A stretch of DNA of 38,261 bases from NCBI GenBank assembly GCA_025054975.1, contig JANWZC010000001.1, positions 1 through 38,261 of the forward strand, in the 5' to 3' direction. The notes under the pieces were generated by a model, which saw nothing but the letters and a program-made list of their open reading frames with translations, was not told the origin of the DNA and did no database searches. This document shows, piece after piece, positions 1 through 9,277 of this stretch. Source of the DNA: Raineya sp. (GTDB lineage: Bacteria > Bacteroidota > Bacteroidia > Cytophagales > Thermonemataceae). The stretch's first letter is position 1. Each line of letters begins with the position of its first letter. Position numbers and translations under genes: made by a program.

Positions 1-1
1 T

Positions 2-361
2 GATAGAAACCAAAAAGTCAATGCATTAAAAGCTATTGAAGAATTTGCATGGAAAGTAAAGAAAAACAATTGGGCGGCATACATCTACCCCGAAGGTACT
101 CGCAACCGATACAGCAACGAAGTTCGTCCTTTCAAGGCGGCAGGTTTTGTGAAACTCTGTGAAATTTTGCCCGAAGCCCCTGTTGTTCCGATAGCTCTGG
201 AAAACTTCTGGACAGTCAAACGCATTCCCATTGAGCCTTTTGCTACTATGCGAGTAAAGATTTTCCCTCCACTTTCTCAAAAGGATTTTTCTAACGCTGA
301 AACCCTTCTACAACATTGTGAAAATCTTATTCGGAAAGAATTGCAAAAAAATGCAAAATAG
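2..361 (+). CDS. 1-acyl-sn-glycerol-3-phosphate (lysophospholipid) acyltransferase family, 5'-truncated by window edge
   Basis: Frame is open from base 2: DRNQKVNALKAIEEF...YIYPEGTR...RPFKAAG...APVVPIAL. PEGTR and PVVP are PlsC-family motifs. The ORF track shows only the last 70 aa. Confidence 0.85.
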   Translation, partial: DRNQKVNALKAIEEFAWKVKKNNWAAYIYPEGTRNRYSNEVRPFKAAGFVKLCEILPEAPVVPIALENFWTVKRIPIEPFATMRVKIFPPLSQKDFSNAETLLQHCENLIRKELQKNAK

Positions 362-371
362 CTGGAATAAG

Positions 372-1094
372 TTAATTCCCTTGTTCCAAAGCTCGTAAGT
401 AGAGTTGGATAGTATTTTCCAAACCCAAATACAGGGCATCACAAATGAGGGCGTGTCCGATTGAAACTTCTGCAAGAAAAGGAATATTTTTTTTCAAAAA
501 TGCCAAGTTGTTCAAACTCAAATCGTGTCCTGCATTGACTTCCAAACCTAAACTTCGGGCAAACTCTGCGGCTTTGATGTAAGGTTCTACTGCTTTTTGC
601 GGATTTTCAGCATACTGCCGAGCATAAGGCTCAGTGTAGAGTTCTATGCGTTTTGCTCCAATTTCAGCAACTTTTTCAATGTTAGCCAAATCTGTTTCTA
701 CAAAAATAGAAACTCTAATACCTTCACTTTGAAGCGTCTTTACAATCTCTTGCAGGAAACTCTGATTAGCTATTACATTCCAACCTGCATTGGAAGTGAG
801 TACGTTTGGGGCATCAGGTACCAAAGTAGCTTGCGTAGGTTTTACTCGCAACACCAAATCCAACCAACGTTTATCAGGATAACCTTCAATATTAAATTCT
901 GTGTAAATCAGTGGGGCAATGTCTAAAACATCTTGGTAACGAATATGACGTTCATCGGGACGAGGATGAACAGTTACTCCGTTAGCACCGAAATTTTGCA
1001 CATCTTGGGCAACTTTGATAATATTAGGATTGTTTCCTCCTCGTGCGTTGCGTAATGTGGCAAATTTGTTGATATTTACACTTAATTTAGTCAT
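372..1094 (-). CDS. pdxJ: Pyridoxine 5'-phosphate synthase
   Basis: LSVNINKFATLRNARG, VTVHPRPDERHIR, IELYTEPYA, NAGHDL, EVSIGHALI; 240 aa. Confidence 0.97.
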   Translation of the reverse strand: MTKLSVNINKFATLRNARGGNNPNIIKVAQDVQNFGANGVTVHPRPDERHIRYQDVLDIAPLIYTEFNIEGYPDKRWLDLVLRVKPTQATLVPDAPNVLTSNAGWNVIANQSFLQEIVKTLQSEGIRVSIFVETDLANIEKVAEIGAKRIELYTEPYARQYAENPQKAVEPYIKAAEFARSLGLEVNAGHDLSLNNLAFLKKNIPFLAEVSIGHALICDALYLGLENTIQLYLRALEQGN

Positions 1095-1138
1095 AGTTTT
1101 GCATTTTGTAACGAAAATACAAACACACTCACAAAATA

Positions 1139-2242
1139 ATGATAAAAATTCTGCGAAAGCAAGGAGATTTTCGGCTATACTATCAAGATATTTCTTGGAA
1201 TAAACAAGACTGCCTGAATTTTTCCCCCGACCAATTTTTGCCTAATTGGCTGAACAAAGTTATTGAATTTTGCAAAGAATGGTGGAGCGAGCAAGAAATT
1301 TTTAACTTTCAGACATCAGGCTCAACAGGTACGCCCAAGATTATTTCTGTAAATCGCCGCCAGCTACTTGCCAGTGTGCAACTTACTCAAAAAGCCTTTC
1401 AACTCAAAGGTGGAGAAGTAGCCTTGTTATGTTTGCCAACTGAATTTGTTGCAGGCAAAATGATGCTTGTTCGTGGAATGGAACTTTGTTGGCATATCAT
1501 TCTGCAAGAACCTACCAGCAATCCTCTACAAAATTTAGAGGTTAATCGAAAAATTGATTTTGCCGCTTTTGTGCCTTTGCAAATGCAAACCATTTTAGAA
1601 CAAAATCCTGAAAAAATCCATAAACTTTTCCATAAGCAAAGTACTATCATTCTCGGAGGAGCAAGCATTTCCGACACTTTAAGAAAAAATATTGAAAAAC
1701 TCAAAGTGCCTATTTTCCACACTTATGGTATGACCGAAACGCTCACTCACATAGCTATATGTGCTTTGAATGGCAAAGCTAAAAGTGATTATTTCACAAC
1801 TTTGGAGCAAGTACGCGTGCGTACAGATGAACGTAATTGTTTGTGTATAACCTCACCAACTACTGATTTTCAGGAAATTGCAACGAATGATGTAGTTGAA
1901 ATACTTGGGGAAGGTAAATTTAGAGTAGTAGGGCGTTGGGACAATGTTATCAACAGCGGAGGAGTAAAAATTCAGTTGGAAAATGTGGAAAAAATTATAG
2001 AAAAAGTTTTTGAACTTGAAAATATCCATAATCGTTTTTTTTGCATTGGCGTACCTGATGAAAAATTAGGTCAGAAATTAGTGCTTTGCGTGGAAAATGC
2101 TCTATGGAGTGTGGAAAAAGAACAAAAAATCTTAACTCAAATTGCTAAGTTTTCCGAAAACAAGTATTACGTACCTAAATCTATTGTGTATAAGAGCCAC
2201 TTTGAACAAACTCCCACAGGCAAGATTAAAAGGATATTATGA
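1139..2242 (+). CDS. AMP-binding enzyme, short O-succinylbenzoate-CoA ligase (MenE-like)
   Basis: Adenylate-forming motifs TSGSTGTPK, YGMTET, GRWDNVINSGGVK and TPTGKIKR. The 367-aa size fits the short Bacteroidota MenE-like proteins; substrate is not verifiable. Confidence 0.8.
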   Translation: MIKILRKQGDFRLYYQDISWNKQDCLNFSPDQFLPNWLNKVIEFCKEWWSEQEIFNFQTSGSTGTPKIISVNRRQLLASVQLTQKAFQLKGGEVALLCLPTEFVAGKMMLVRGMELCWHIILQEPTSNPLQNLEVNRKIDFAAFVPLQMQTILEQNPEKIHKLFHKQSTIILGGASISDTLRKNIEKLKVPIFHTYGMTETLTHIAICALNGKAKSDYFTTLEQVRVRTDERNCLCITSPTTDFQEIATNDVVEILGEGKFRVVGRWDNVINSGGVKIQLENVEKIIEKVFELENIHNRFFCIGVPDEKLGQKLVLCVENALWSVEKEQKILTQIAKFSENKYYVPKSIVYKSHFEQTPTGKIKRIL

Positions 2243-2303
2243 AAAAATTTTGAAAGAGCTGGCAAAAATTTTTGGAAAAAGAGTAAGAAATTATAAAATA
2301 GCG

Positions 2304-2331
2304 TTGTTGAAGTTGCAAATTCGTATATTTG
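2304..2331 (+). promoter_or_regulatory. Putative Bacteroidota sigmaA promoter for the acyltransferase-aminotransferase pair
   Basis: TTG (2304-2306), 17-nt spacer, TATATTTG (2324-2331) matching the -7 consensus TAnnTTTG. Confidence 0.5.
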
Positions 2332-2435
2332 TATCAATCAAATGAGCCTTGTTGCAAGGCAAGAGACAAAGATTCAATAAGTTAGATGTTTTGGCAAGAA
2401 GTTTCGTGAGTTTTCAAGATGAAAACGAAATAGTT

Positions 2436-3224
2436 ATGAAACTATCAATTCAACTGCCTTTTATCAAAAAAGACTCTTTTGGTCATATTATACCGCTGAA
2501 AAAACTGCTTATTTCGTTGATTGGTAGCCTTACTTTCCCACGTTTGAATTGGCTCAACAAAACTCACGTAAAGGGACGTGAAATTTTAGAAAAACTGCCT
2601 CAAAAAGGAGTTTTGTTTGTTTCTAATCATCAGACTTATTTTGCGGATGTGATTACGATGCTCCACATTTTTTGTACCGTAGGTTCTAAAATTACCAAAA
2701 ATCATCGTAATCCTTTGTATCTGCTTCGTCCTCGCAGTAATGTTTATTTTGTAGCCGCCGAAGAGACTATGAAAGCAGGCTTAATACCTCGTATATTTGC
2801 GTATGTAGGGGCTATCAAAGTAAAGCGTACTTGGAGAGAGGCAGGTAAAGCTATTCAGCGGGAAGTGGATTTGAAAGATGTAGAAAACGTAGGACAAGCC
2901 TTGCAAGAAGGCTGGGTAATTACATTTCCGCAAGGAACTACCAAAGCCTTTGCACCAGGCAGAAAAGGAACAGCTCACATCATCAAGGAATTTAAGCCTG
3001 TAGTAGTACCTGTGGTTATTGATGGTTTTCGACGAGCCTTTGATAAAAAAGGGCTTTTTCTGAAAAAAACAGGCGTTCAACTTTCTGTTACGTTCAAAGA
3101 ACCTTTGGCTATCAATTATGAAGATAGTGTAGAAAATATTTTAGCTCAAGTAATGGACGCTATTGAGCAATCGGAACGTTTTCAGTTCAAATTTGAAGAT
3201 AAAACAAGTTCTACTGATAAATAG
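2436..3224 (+). CDS. Lysophospholipid/glycerol acyltransferase (PlsC family)
   Basis: NHQTYFAD (HX4D), FPQGT, VVVPVVI. ATG 2436 preferred over TTG 2349. Confidence 0.88.
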   Translation: MKLSIQLPFIKKDSFGHIIPLKKLLISLIGSLTFPRLNWLNKTHVKGREILEKLPQKGVLFVSNHQTYFADVITMLHIFCTVGSKITKNHRNPLYLLRPRSNVYFVAAEETMKAGLIPRIFAYVGAIKVKRTWREAGKAIQREVDLKDVENVGQALQEGWVITFPQGTTKAFAPGRKGTAHIIKEFKPVVVPVVIDGFRRAFDKKGLFLKKTGVQLSVTFKEPLAINYEDSVENILAQVMDAIEQSERFQFKFEDKTSSTDK

Positions 3225-4418
3225 ATGTCAATTTCTCAGCGAGAATTATTTTTGCGGTACGTGGCTCAAACCTCGCCTTCACCGTTACTTTTAGAGATTG
3301 AAAAAGCTGAAGGCATTTATTTGTATGCCCCTAGTGGCAAAAAATACATAGACCTAATTTCAGGCATTAGTGTAAGCAATGTAGGACATCGCCACCCCAA
3401 AGTTTTAGAAGCTATTGAAAACCAGTTACAAAAGTATCTACACCTCATGGTTTATGGCGAATATGTGCAAAGTCCGCAAGTGCTTTTGGCTCAAAAATTA
3501 GTTGAAAACTTGCCCAATCATCTTGATAATGTGTATTTTACCAATTCAGGAAGCGAAGCAGTAGAAGGAGCTTTGAAACTTGCTAAGCGTTACACGGGTA
3601 GAAGTGAAATAATTAGTTGTTACAATGCTTATCATGGTTCTACGCAAGGGGCTTTGTCAGTTGGGGGCAATGAGTATTTTAAGCGAGCTTATCGTCCTCT
3701 TTTGCCGTGCGTGAAGCATATTCATTATGGCAGTTACTCGGATTTGACAAAAATCACAGAAAAAACAGCTTGTGTAATCATTGAAACTATACAAGGGGAA
3801 GCAGGGGTGAAGGTTGCTTGTAGCAATTATTTTCAACAACTTGCTAAAAGATGTAAGCAGGTAGGAGCTTTGCTCATTTTAGATGAAATTCAAGCAGGTT
3901 TTGGCAGAACAGGTAAATTATGGGCTTTTGAGCATTTTGGCATTGTGCCTGATATTTTGGTGCTTGCCAAAGGTATGGGGGGAGGTATGCCCATAGGGGC
4001 TTTCGTAGCTAACCGAGCTGTAATGCAAAGTTTTACGTATAATCCTGTTTTAGGGCATATCACTACTTTTGGAGGACACCCCGTGAGCGCCGCAGCGGCA
4101 AAGGCTACTTTGGAAATTATTTTAAGCGAACAATTAGCCGAGCAAGCAGAAAGTAAGGCACAACTTTTTCTCTCTTACCTCAAACACCCTCAAATTCGTC
4201 AGATTCGCTACAAGGGCTTACTTATGGCAGTTGAGTTTGAAAGTTTTAATTTGCTCAAAAAAATCATTGACAAAGCTCTTGATTTGGGTGTAATTACAGA
4301 TTGGTTTCTTTTCTGCGATAATGCTATGCGAATAGCCCCACCGCTCACCATTACCGAAACAGAAATCGAGCAGTCTTGCGAACTGATTCTGAAAGCTATC
4401 AAGCAAGTTTATTCATAA
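3225..4418 (+). CDS. Class-III PLP aminotransferase (acetylornithine aminotransferase-like)
   Basis: NSGSEAVEGALK, AYHGST, ETIQGEAG, DEIQAGFGRTG, LAKGMGGG (PLP lysine), HITTFGGHP. The start abuts the upstream stop (TAG ATG). Confidence 0.9.
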   Translation: MSISQRELFLRYVAQTSPSPLLLEIEKAEGIYLYAPSGKKYIDLISGISVSNVGHRHPKVLEAIENQLQKYLHLMVYGEYVQSPQVLLAQKLVENLPNHLDNVYFTNSGSEAVEGALKLAKRYTGRSEIISCYNAYHGSTQGALSVGGNEYFKRAYRPLLPCVKHIHYGSYSDLTKITEKTACVIIETIQGEAGVKVACSNYFQQLAKRCKQVGALLILDEIQAGFGRTGKLWAFEHFGIVPDILVLAKGMGGGMPIGAFVANRAVMQSFTYNPVLGHITTFGGHPVSAAAAKATLEIILSEQLAEQAESKAQLFLSYLKHPQIRQIRYKGLLMAVEFESFNLLKKIIDKALDLGVITDWFLFCDNAMRIAPPLTITETEIEQSCELILKAIKQVYS

Positions 4419-4526
4419 CTCCGAAAAGTAAAATTTCGTAGAGAAAATTGTCTATTTCAACGAAAAAAATTGCTTAATCAAAAAATTATATCTAACTTGA
4501 AGCCAAATAACCTAACCCCTACGATT

Positions 4527-4931
4527 ATGTTTGATTTGAAAGAAATGGCTGAAAAAGCCCTCAAAGCCAAAGTAGAAGAAGCCGTAAGAGGCAGAGTTCG
4601 CGATTTAGAGGTAATCGTGAATGGCACAGAAGTAACTATTCGTGGTGAAGTAGAAACCGCCGCTGATAAGCAAGCCGTTTTGTCTGATGTGCAAAACGTA
4701 GAAGGCTTAACAAAAATTATCACGGGTTTAAGAATCGCCGAAGAAGTACGCAAAGCAGAAGCAGAAAAACAAACTTATACCGTTCAACCTGGGGATACAC
4801 TTTGGGGTATTGCTCAAAAATTGCTTGGTAATGGTGCTTTATACACCAAAATCTATGAAGCCAATAAAGATGTTATTGGGAGCAACCCTGATTTGATTAA
4901 AGTAGGCATGGTATTGAAAATCCCTCAATAA
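4527..4931 (+). CDS. BON + LysM domain protein (Kbp/YgaU-like)
   Basis: N-terminal BON-like segment (VIVNGTEVTIRGEV) and C-terminal LysM (YTVQPGDTLWGIA...IYEANK...NPDLIKVGMVLKIP). No signal peptide; ATG at 4527. Confidence 0.85.
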   Translation: MFDLKEMAEKALKAKVEEAVRGRVRDLEVIVNGTEVTIRGEVETAADKQAVLSDVQNVEGLTKIITGLRIAEEVRKAEAEKQTYTVQPGDTLWGIAQKLLGNGALYTKIYEANKDVIGSNPDLIKVGMVLKIPQ

Positions 4932-4953
4932 ACAAAGAACCAAAATTTTTTTT

Positions 4954-4990
4954 AAAAGCAACATCTCTATTTTTGAGGATGTTGCTTTTT
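4954..4990. terminator. Bidirectional intrinsic terminator
   Basis: aaaagcaacatc (4954-4965) pairs with gatgttgctttt (4978-4989). It lies between convergent genes with T-runs on both strands. Confidence 0.8.
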
Positions 4991-6987
4991 TAATTTGTAC
5001 CTAAGTTTGTTGAAAGGTTCTGAATAGTAGCTACTAATAGCCTTTCTTGCCCTGTTTCAAAATTTTTTACTTGCATTTGTACATCAAAGCGAAAACCATT
5101 TTTAGTAACTGCCTTCATTTTTCTGACATCTTTGGTAGCTACTCCTTCGGCACGGCGAGTGCGTGTAGCGGTAAAATCACTACGAATTTCGTCAGGTAAA
5201 ATATCCAAAAGGTTTCTAATGCTGGTTTCTTGTAGTTCTCCTGAATCGTAGCCAAACATATTTTCAGCCTGACGATTGGCAAACTGAATAATACCCTTTT
5301 CAGAATACACCAAAATAGCATCGCTCACACTATCCAAAATGAGTCGTAGTTTAGCTACTTCTTTTTCAGTTTGACTTAGTGTTTTTTCCAGCTCTTCGCG
5401 AGAATGAACAAGTTCTTCGGTATTGCTCCGTAAGGCTTCTTCCTGCTTCCGAATAGCCTCTGCTTTGGATTGCATTTCTAATACTAAACGACGAGTTTCA
5501 TCATTTGAGAACACAGAAACGATAGTAGAAGCTGTTATTTCTGCAATATTTTTGACAAAATCAATTTGATATTGCTTAAACTCATTGAAACTTCCCAACT
5601 CAAAGCAACCTACAACTTCTTCGTTGTATTCCAGGGGTACAATCAAAATACTTTTAGGTTGCAAGTTACCTAAACCTGATTTCACAAAAGCATAGTCTTG
5701 AGGAACTTGCTTGATATGCACTACTCCACCTTCTAAAAAGGCTTGCCCTAATAAACCTTCTCCCAAACGAATTTGTTTTTGCATACTTTTCTTTTTGTCA
5801 AAGGCATACATACCTTTAAGTTCCAGATAGGGTTCTCTTTCATTTTTATTCAGTACAAATATTCCCCCTTGATTAACCCCCAAATAACGCACTGTTTCAG
5901 AAATTACTTCGGTACAGAGTTTCTCCAAATTATCGGTATTGCGGCGAAGAACATCTGAAATTTGGGCAAGTCCTGTGGTTGCCCAAGTGCGTAATTGTTC
6001 TTGTTCATAAACAGCTTTCAAACTATTCCGCATTTCGGCAAGTGAAGTTCCAAGTTCTCCTTTACCACCAAAAACAGCCACGTCTGAGTCAAAACGACCT
6101 TGCCCTACTTCAAGGGCAAAAGTTTTAATTCCTTGTAGGTTTTGGGCAAGTTCGTTTATTGCCTGTATCATAGAATTTAGTTCATCTTTGGCTTCGGGAA
6201 TTTGTGAAGGGATATCTCCTCGTGAAAGGGTACGCAAACTATCTCGCATGCTACGAATACGCCGTAGAATGAGCAAAATGAGTACCGAGCCAACAAATGC
6301 CGCTACGGCTACGGCTATTAGAAACTCGCCTGCTACAATCCAATCTCGCCAATAGGCTAAACTCTGATAGGCTTCATCATATTCTTTTTGTGTGTTATCC
6401 TGCTGATTGATAATTTCTTCGGCAGTTTTGCGTATATCCGAAACAATCAAAGCTACATCTGTTTGCAAGGATTTTTGCAATCGCTGATTGACATTATCTA
6501 TTCCTACAATTTGCTTACGGCGTATATATACACTTTTAAGTTGGTTGAGTTCGGCTTTCAAGTTAGCGAGTTGATTATCAATTTTGGAAAAAAGTACAGA
6601 AACGGTGTTATTTTGGGTAATTTTTACGTATTTCTCCAAAGAGTCGCGATTAGCTTTCACACCATTAAGCCAAATATTTTCGTACTCTTTCAAAAACTGC
6701 TCATCGTTGAAAACAAAAGCCTTTTCTACGGCTACAATACTTTCTTGGACTTTATCATTGAGAGCCGAACTAAAAAATTTTACAGGAATGATGCGTTCCA
6801 AGACAAAATTCCTATTTTTGAGCATCAATCCCCATTGGTAATTCGCCCCTTGAATAAGAATGAACGAAATCAGAGCCATAGAAAGGAAACCTCCTGTAAG
6901 CCTACCTTGAATAGTAGTGAAATCTATACGGAAATAATATAGAATGCGTTTGAGCAAGCTATATTTTTTGGTTGTTTTTTCTGCCAT
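4990..6987 (-). CDS. Membrane sensor: TM - helical periplasmic domain - TM - HAMP - GAF - coiled coil - PAS; no recognisable output domain
   Basis: Two hydrophobic segments; HAMP-like LSRGDI...DELNSMIQAINEL; GAF motifs NQGGIF, GEGLLGQA, SILIVPL, VGCFELGSF; PAS ILDSVSDAILV...GIIQFANRQAENMFGY. Confidence 0.8.
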   Translation of the reverse strand: MAEKTTKKYSLLKRILYYFRIDFTTIQGRLTGGFLSMALISFILIQGANYQWGLMLKNRNFVLERIIPVKFFSSALNDKVQESIVAVEKAFVFNDEQFLKEYENIWLNGVKANRDSLEKYVKITQNNTVSVLFSKIDNQLANLKAELNQLKSVYIRRKQIVGIDNVNQRLQKSLQTDVALIVSDIRKTAEEIINQQDNTQKEYDEAYQSLAYWRDWIVAGEFLIAVAVAAFVGSVLILLILRRIRSMRDSLRTLSRGDIPSQIPEAKDELNSMIQAINELAQNLQGIKTFALEVGQGRFDSDVAVFGGKGELGTSLAEMRNSLKAVYEQEQLRTWATTGLAQISDVLRRNTDNLEKLCTEVISETVRYLGVNQGGIFVLNKNEREPYLELKGMYAFDKKKSMQKQIRLGEGLLGQAFLEGGVVHIKQVPQDYAFVKSGLGNLQPKSILIVPLEYNEEVVGCFELGSFNEFKQYQIDFVKNIAEITASTIVSVFSNDETRRLVLEMQSKAEAIRKQEEALRSNTEELVHSREELEKTLSQTEKEVAKLRLILDSVSDAILVYSEKGIIQFANRQAENMFGYDSGELQETSIRNLLDILPDEIRSDFTATRTRRAEGVATKDVRKMKAVTKNGFRFDVQMQVKNFETGQERLLVATIQNLSTNLGTN

Positions 6988-6989
6988 AT

Positions 6990-7613
6990 CTATAAACTAT
7001 TGTAATATTCAAAAATACGAACCATATCTGAACGTTGTTGCAGACTCAAACGATTTTTTTTGATAAACTCTGTCAGGCGTGGTTCTTGCATTTGCTCAAA
7101 AAAGCGTTTTTTCTTGTTAGTTTTCAGTTTGACGATTTTTCCATTGGGTTTTAAGGCATAAAATTCAGTTACAATACGATAGGAAAATGTAGTAGCTCCC
7201 ATTCCATACCAGCCCCAACCTGGTTGAGGATTCATACGGGTTTCTAAATATTCTGTGCCTAAAAGGGTAGCTTTTTTGCCTTCATAAATCAACTCAAAAA
7301 ATTGCACTGTTTCGTAATTGATATTCGGATTACTCTGATAAGGTAATGCTAAAAACTTTCTACCAACTTGCACACGTTCATCAAAAAATTCAAAATACTC
7401 CACTTGTCTTGCACTGAAAGTTTTAGTAACTCCGCCTGTTTCAATCATTACGGTTTGTTTTTCAGTATCATATTTGAGTTTTCCTGAATATACATTTCCT
7501 TCTTTATCTACTACTCGTCCTTGCAAGACTCTACCCTCCGCTAAAATTTGAGCATGCAAATTGCTTTGAAATAGACCAAAAATTATACAAAATATTAAAT
7601 TAAAGTGTTTCAT
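6990..7613 (-). CDS. Hypothetical secreted protein
   Basis: Signal peptide ending LHAQ; 207 aa; C-terminus FIKKNRL...IFEYYNSL is typical of Bacteroidota hypotheticals; 2 bp from the downstream sensor gene. Confidence 0.75.
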   Translation of the reverse strand: MKHFNLIFCIIFGLFQSNLHAQILAEGRVLQGRVVDKEGNVYSGKLKYDTEKQTVMIETGGVTKTFSARQVEYFEFFDERVQVGRKFLALPYQSNPNINYETVQFFELIYEGKKATLLGTEYLETRMNPQPGWGWYGMGATTFSYRIVTEFYALKPNGKIVKLKTNKKKRFFEQMQEPRLTEFIKKNRLSLQQRSDMVRIFEYYNSL

Positions 7614-7634
7614 GGTAGGTGGTTGCTAACTTCA

Positions 7635-7666
7635 CAAATATACACAAATAAACATCAGCCTGCAAA
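7635..7666 (-). promoter_or_regulatory. Putative sigmaA promoter for the 7613/6987 gene pair
   Basis: Minus strand TTTG (7666-7663), 20-nt spacer, TATATTTG (7642-7635), 21 nt upstream of the ATG. Confidence 0.65.
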
Positions 7667-7732
7667 AATTTTGTTGTGCCTTTTGTAAGTTTTTGACGAA
7701 AATTCTATTTTTGAAAATAAAACTTACTTTTT

Positions 7733-8065
7733 GTGAAAAATTTTGCTATTATCTTTTCATTTCTTTTTTGTCTGTCTTGCAGTGGAATAGCCCAAGAAAT
7801 TAGCAGAAAATATCAGATAGTTCTCAAAGACGGCAACATTCTGGAAGGCAAACTTTTAGAAATCTATAAAACTTTTTGGCTGTTGGAAACGGAAAGTTTA
7901 GGCATTATTCAGATACCTTTTGATAACATCAAACTTTTTGAAGTTTTAGAAAGAAATCAGCAAATTACCAAACAAAGCCCTAAGGACGTAAAAAGTATAG
8001 ATAATACCTATAATCCTGTTGCAGAAAGATACTTTTTTCCTTCTGCATTACTTATAAAGTTTTAA
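7733..8065 (+). pseudogene. Short secreted-type ORF, probably a 3'-truncated remnant
   Basis: GTG start, signal peptide, IVLKDGNILEGKL small beta-domain motif. It ends abruptly after NPVAERYFFPSA and is followed by about 290 bp without an ORF. Confidence 0.45.
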
Positions 8066-8210
8066 GGTTTTTTGTTATTTTGGAAGGGAAGGTTATCAAT
8101 CAAGTAATTGCTAATGGGTATCAATTTAGAGAAAATCTACTAGCTTGTTTTCTCAAGCAAAATCTTACTAATTTTAGAGTGCGTAACTCCTAAATATATC
8201 AAAATGTTCG

Positions 8211-8238
8211 TTTTATGACTCACTTTTTATGACTCACT
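8211..8238. repeat. 14-bp tandem direct repeat
   Basis: ttttatgactcact twice, exact (8211-8224 and 8225-8238). Confidence 0.85.
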
Positions 8239-8352
8239 TTATAATAGTTCATCAAATAACCTTGAAATTTGTGTCAAAAAAATATTTTTTCTAACTTTTC
8301 ACCTGCGAAATTGTTTAACATTGCAAAAGTTTTATAAAAATCATTTACCACA

Positions 8353-9240
8353 ATGATAGAACTACCTGTTGTAACCTCTGAAAAAGAGCATAAAACCAAG
8401 AAACCTCATTGGTTGCGTGTAAAGTTGCCCGTAGGACCCGAATATGCCAAAGTGAGAAAATTAGTAGATACCTATAAACTACATACAATTTGCGAAAGTG
8501 GCAACTGCCCCAACATGGGAGAATGTTGGGGAGCAGGTACAGCTACTTTCATGATTTTAGGCAATGTATGTACGCGTAGTTGTACGTTTTGTGCAGTTGC
8601 TACGGGCAAACCCACTGAATATGATACTGATGAACCTCGCCGTGTGGCTGAAGCTATCAAACTTATGGGAGTAAAGCACGCTGTAATTACTTCTGTAAAT
8701 AGAGATGAACTTAAAGACCGTGGAGCCGCTATTTGGCACGAAACAGTACGTTTGACCAAACAACTCTGCCCTGAAACGACCATTGAAACACTTATTCCTG
8801 ATGTAAAAGGTAATTGGGATGCTCTTTATACAATGATTTCAGCGGGGCAAGAGGTAGTCTCGCACAATATGGAAACTGTCAAACGTTTGTATCGTAGGGT
8901 TCGTCCCCAGGCTAAATATGAACGCAGTTTAGAACAAATCCGCCGAATCAAGGAATTTGGTAAGCGTACTAAATCGGGTATTATGTTGGGATTAGGAGAA
9001 ACCAAAGAGGAAGTCTATGAAGCTATGGACGATTTAGTAGCTAATGGCTTGGATATCCTCACATTAGGACAATACTTGCAACCTACTAAAATGCACCTAG
9101 AAGTCGTTGAGTACATACATCCTGATTTATTTGAGCATTATAAGGAAGAAGGTTTGAAAAGAGGCTTGAAATATGTAGAAGCAGGTCCTTTGGTACGTTC
9201 ATCGTATCATGCCGAAAGGCACGTAAATGTACCTATTTAG
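8353..9240 (+). CDS. lipA: Lipoyl synthase
   Basis: [19 protein letters not shown] (CX4CX5C auxiliary cluster), CTRSCTFC (radical SAM), GQYLQP, RSSYHA. Confidence 0.98.
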   Translation: MIELPVVTSEKEHKTKKPHWLRVKLPVGPEYAKVRKLVDTYKLHTICESGNCPNMGECWGAGTATFMILGNVCTRSCTFCAVATGKPTEYDTDEPRRVAEAIKLMGVKHAVITSVNRDELKDRGAAIWHETVRLTKQLCPETTIETLIPDVKGNWDALYTMISAGQEVVSHNMETVKRLYRRVRPQAKYERSLEQIRRIKEFGKRTKSGIMLGLGETKEEVYEAMDDLVANGLDILTLGQYLQPTKMHLEVVEYIHPDLFEHYKEEGLKRGLKYVEAGPLVRSSYHAERHVNVPI

Positions 9241-9277
9241 AATCTTATACGAAAGTTTTACACCAAAACCAAAGTAT

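Noticed and set aside
6388-6942. 184-aa plus-strand ORF; likewise 28040-28522 (+) and 33212-33808 (-)
   Set aside because: Antisense to well-supported genes. The F/I/L-rich translation is the expected mirror of K/E/N-rich coding DNA.
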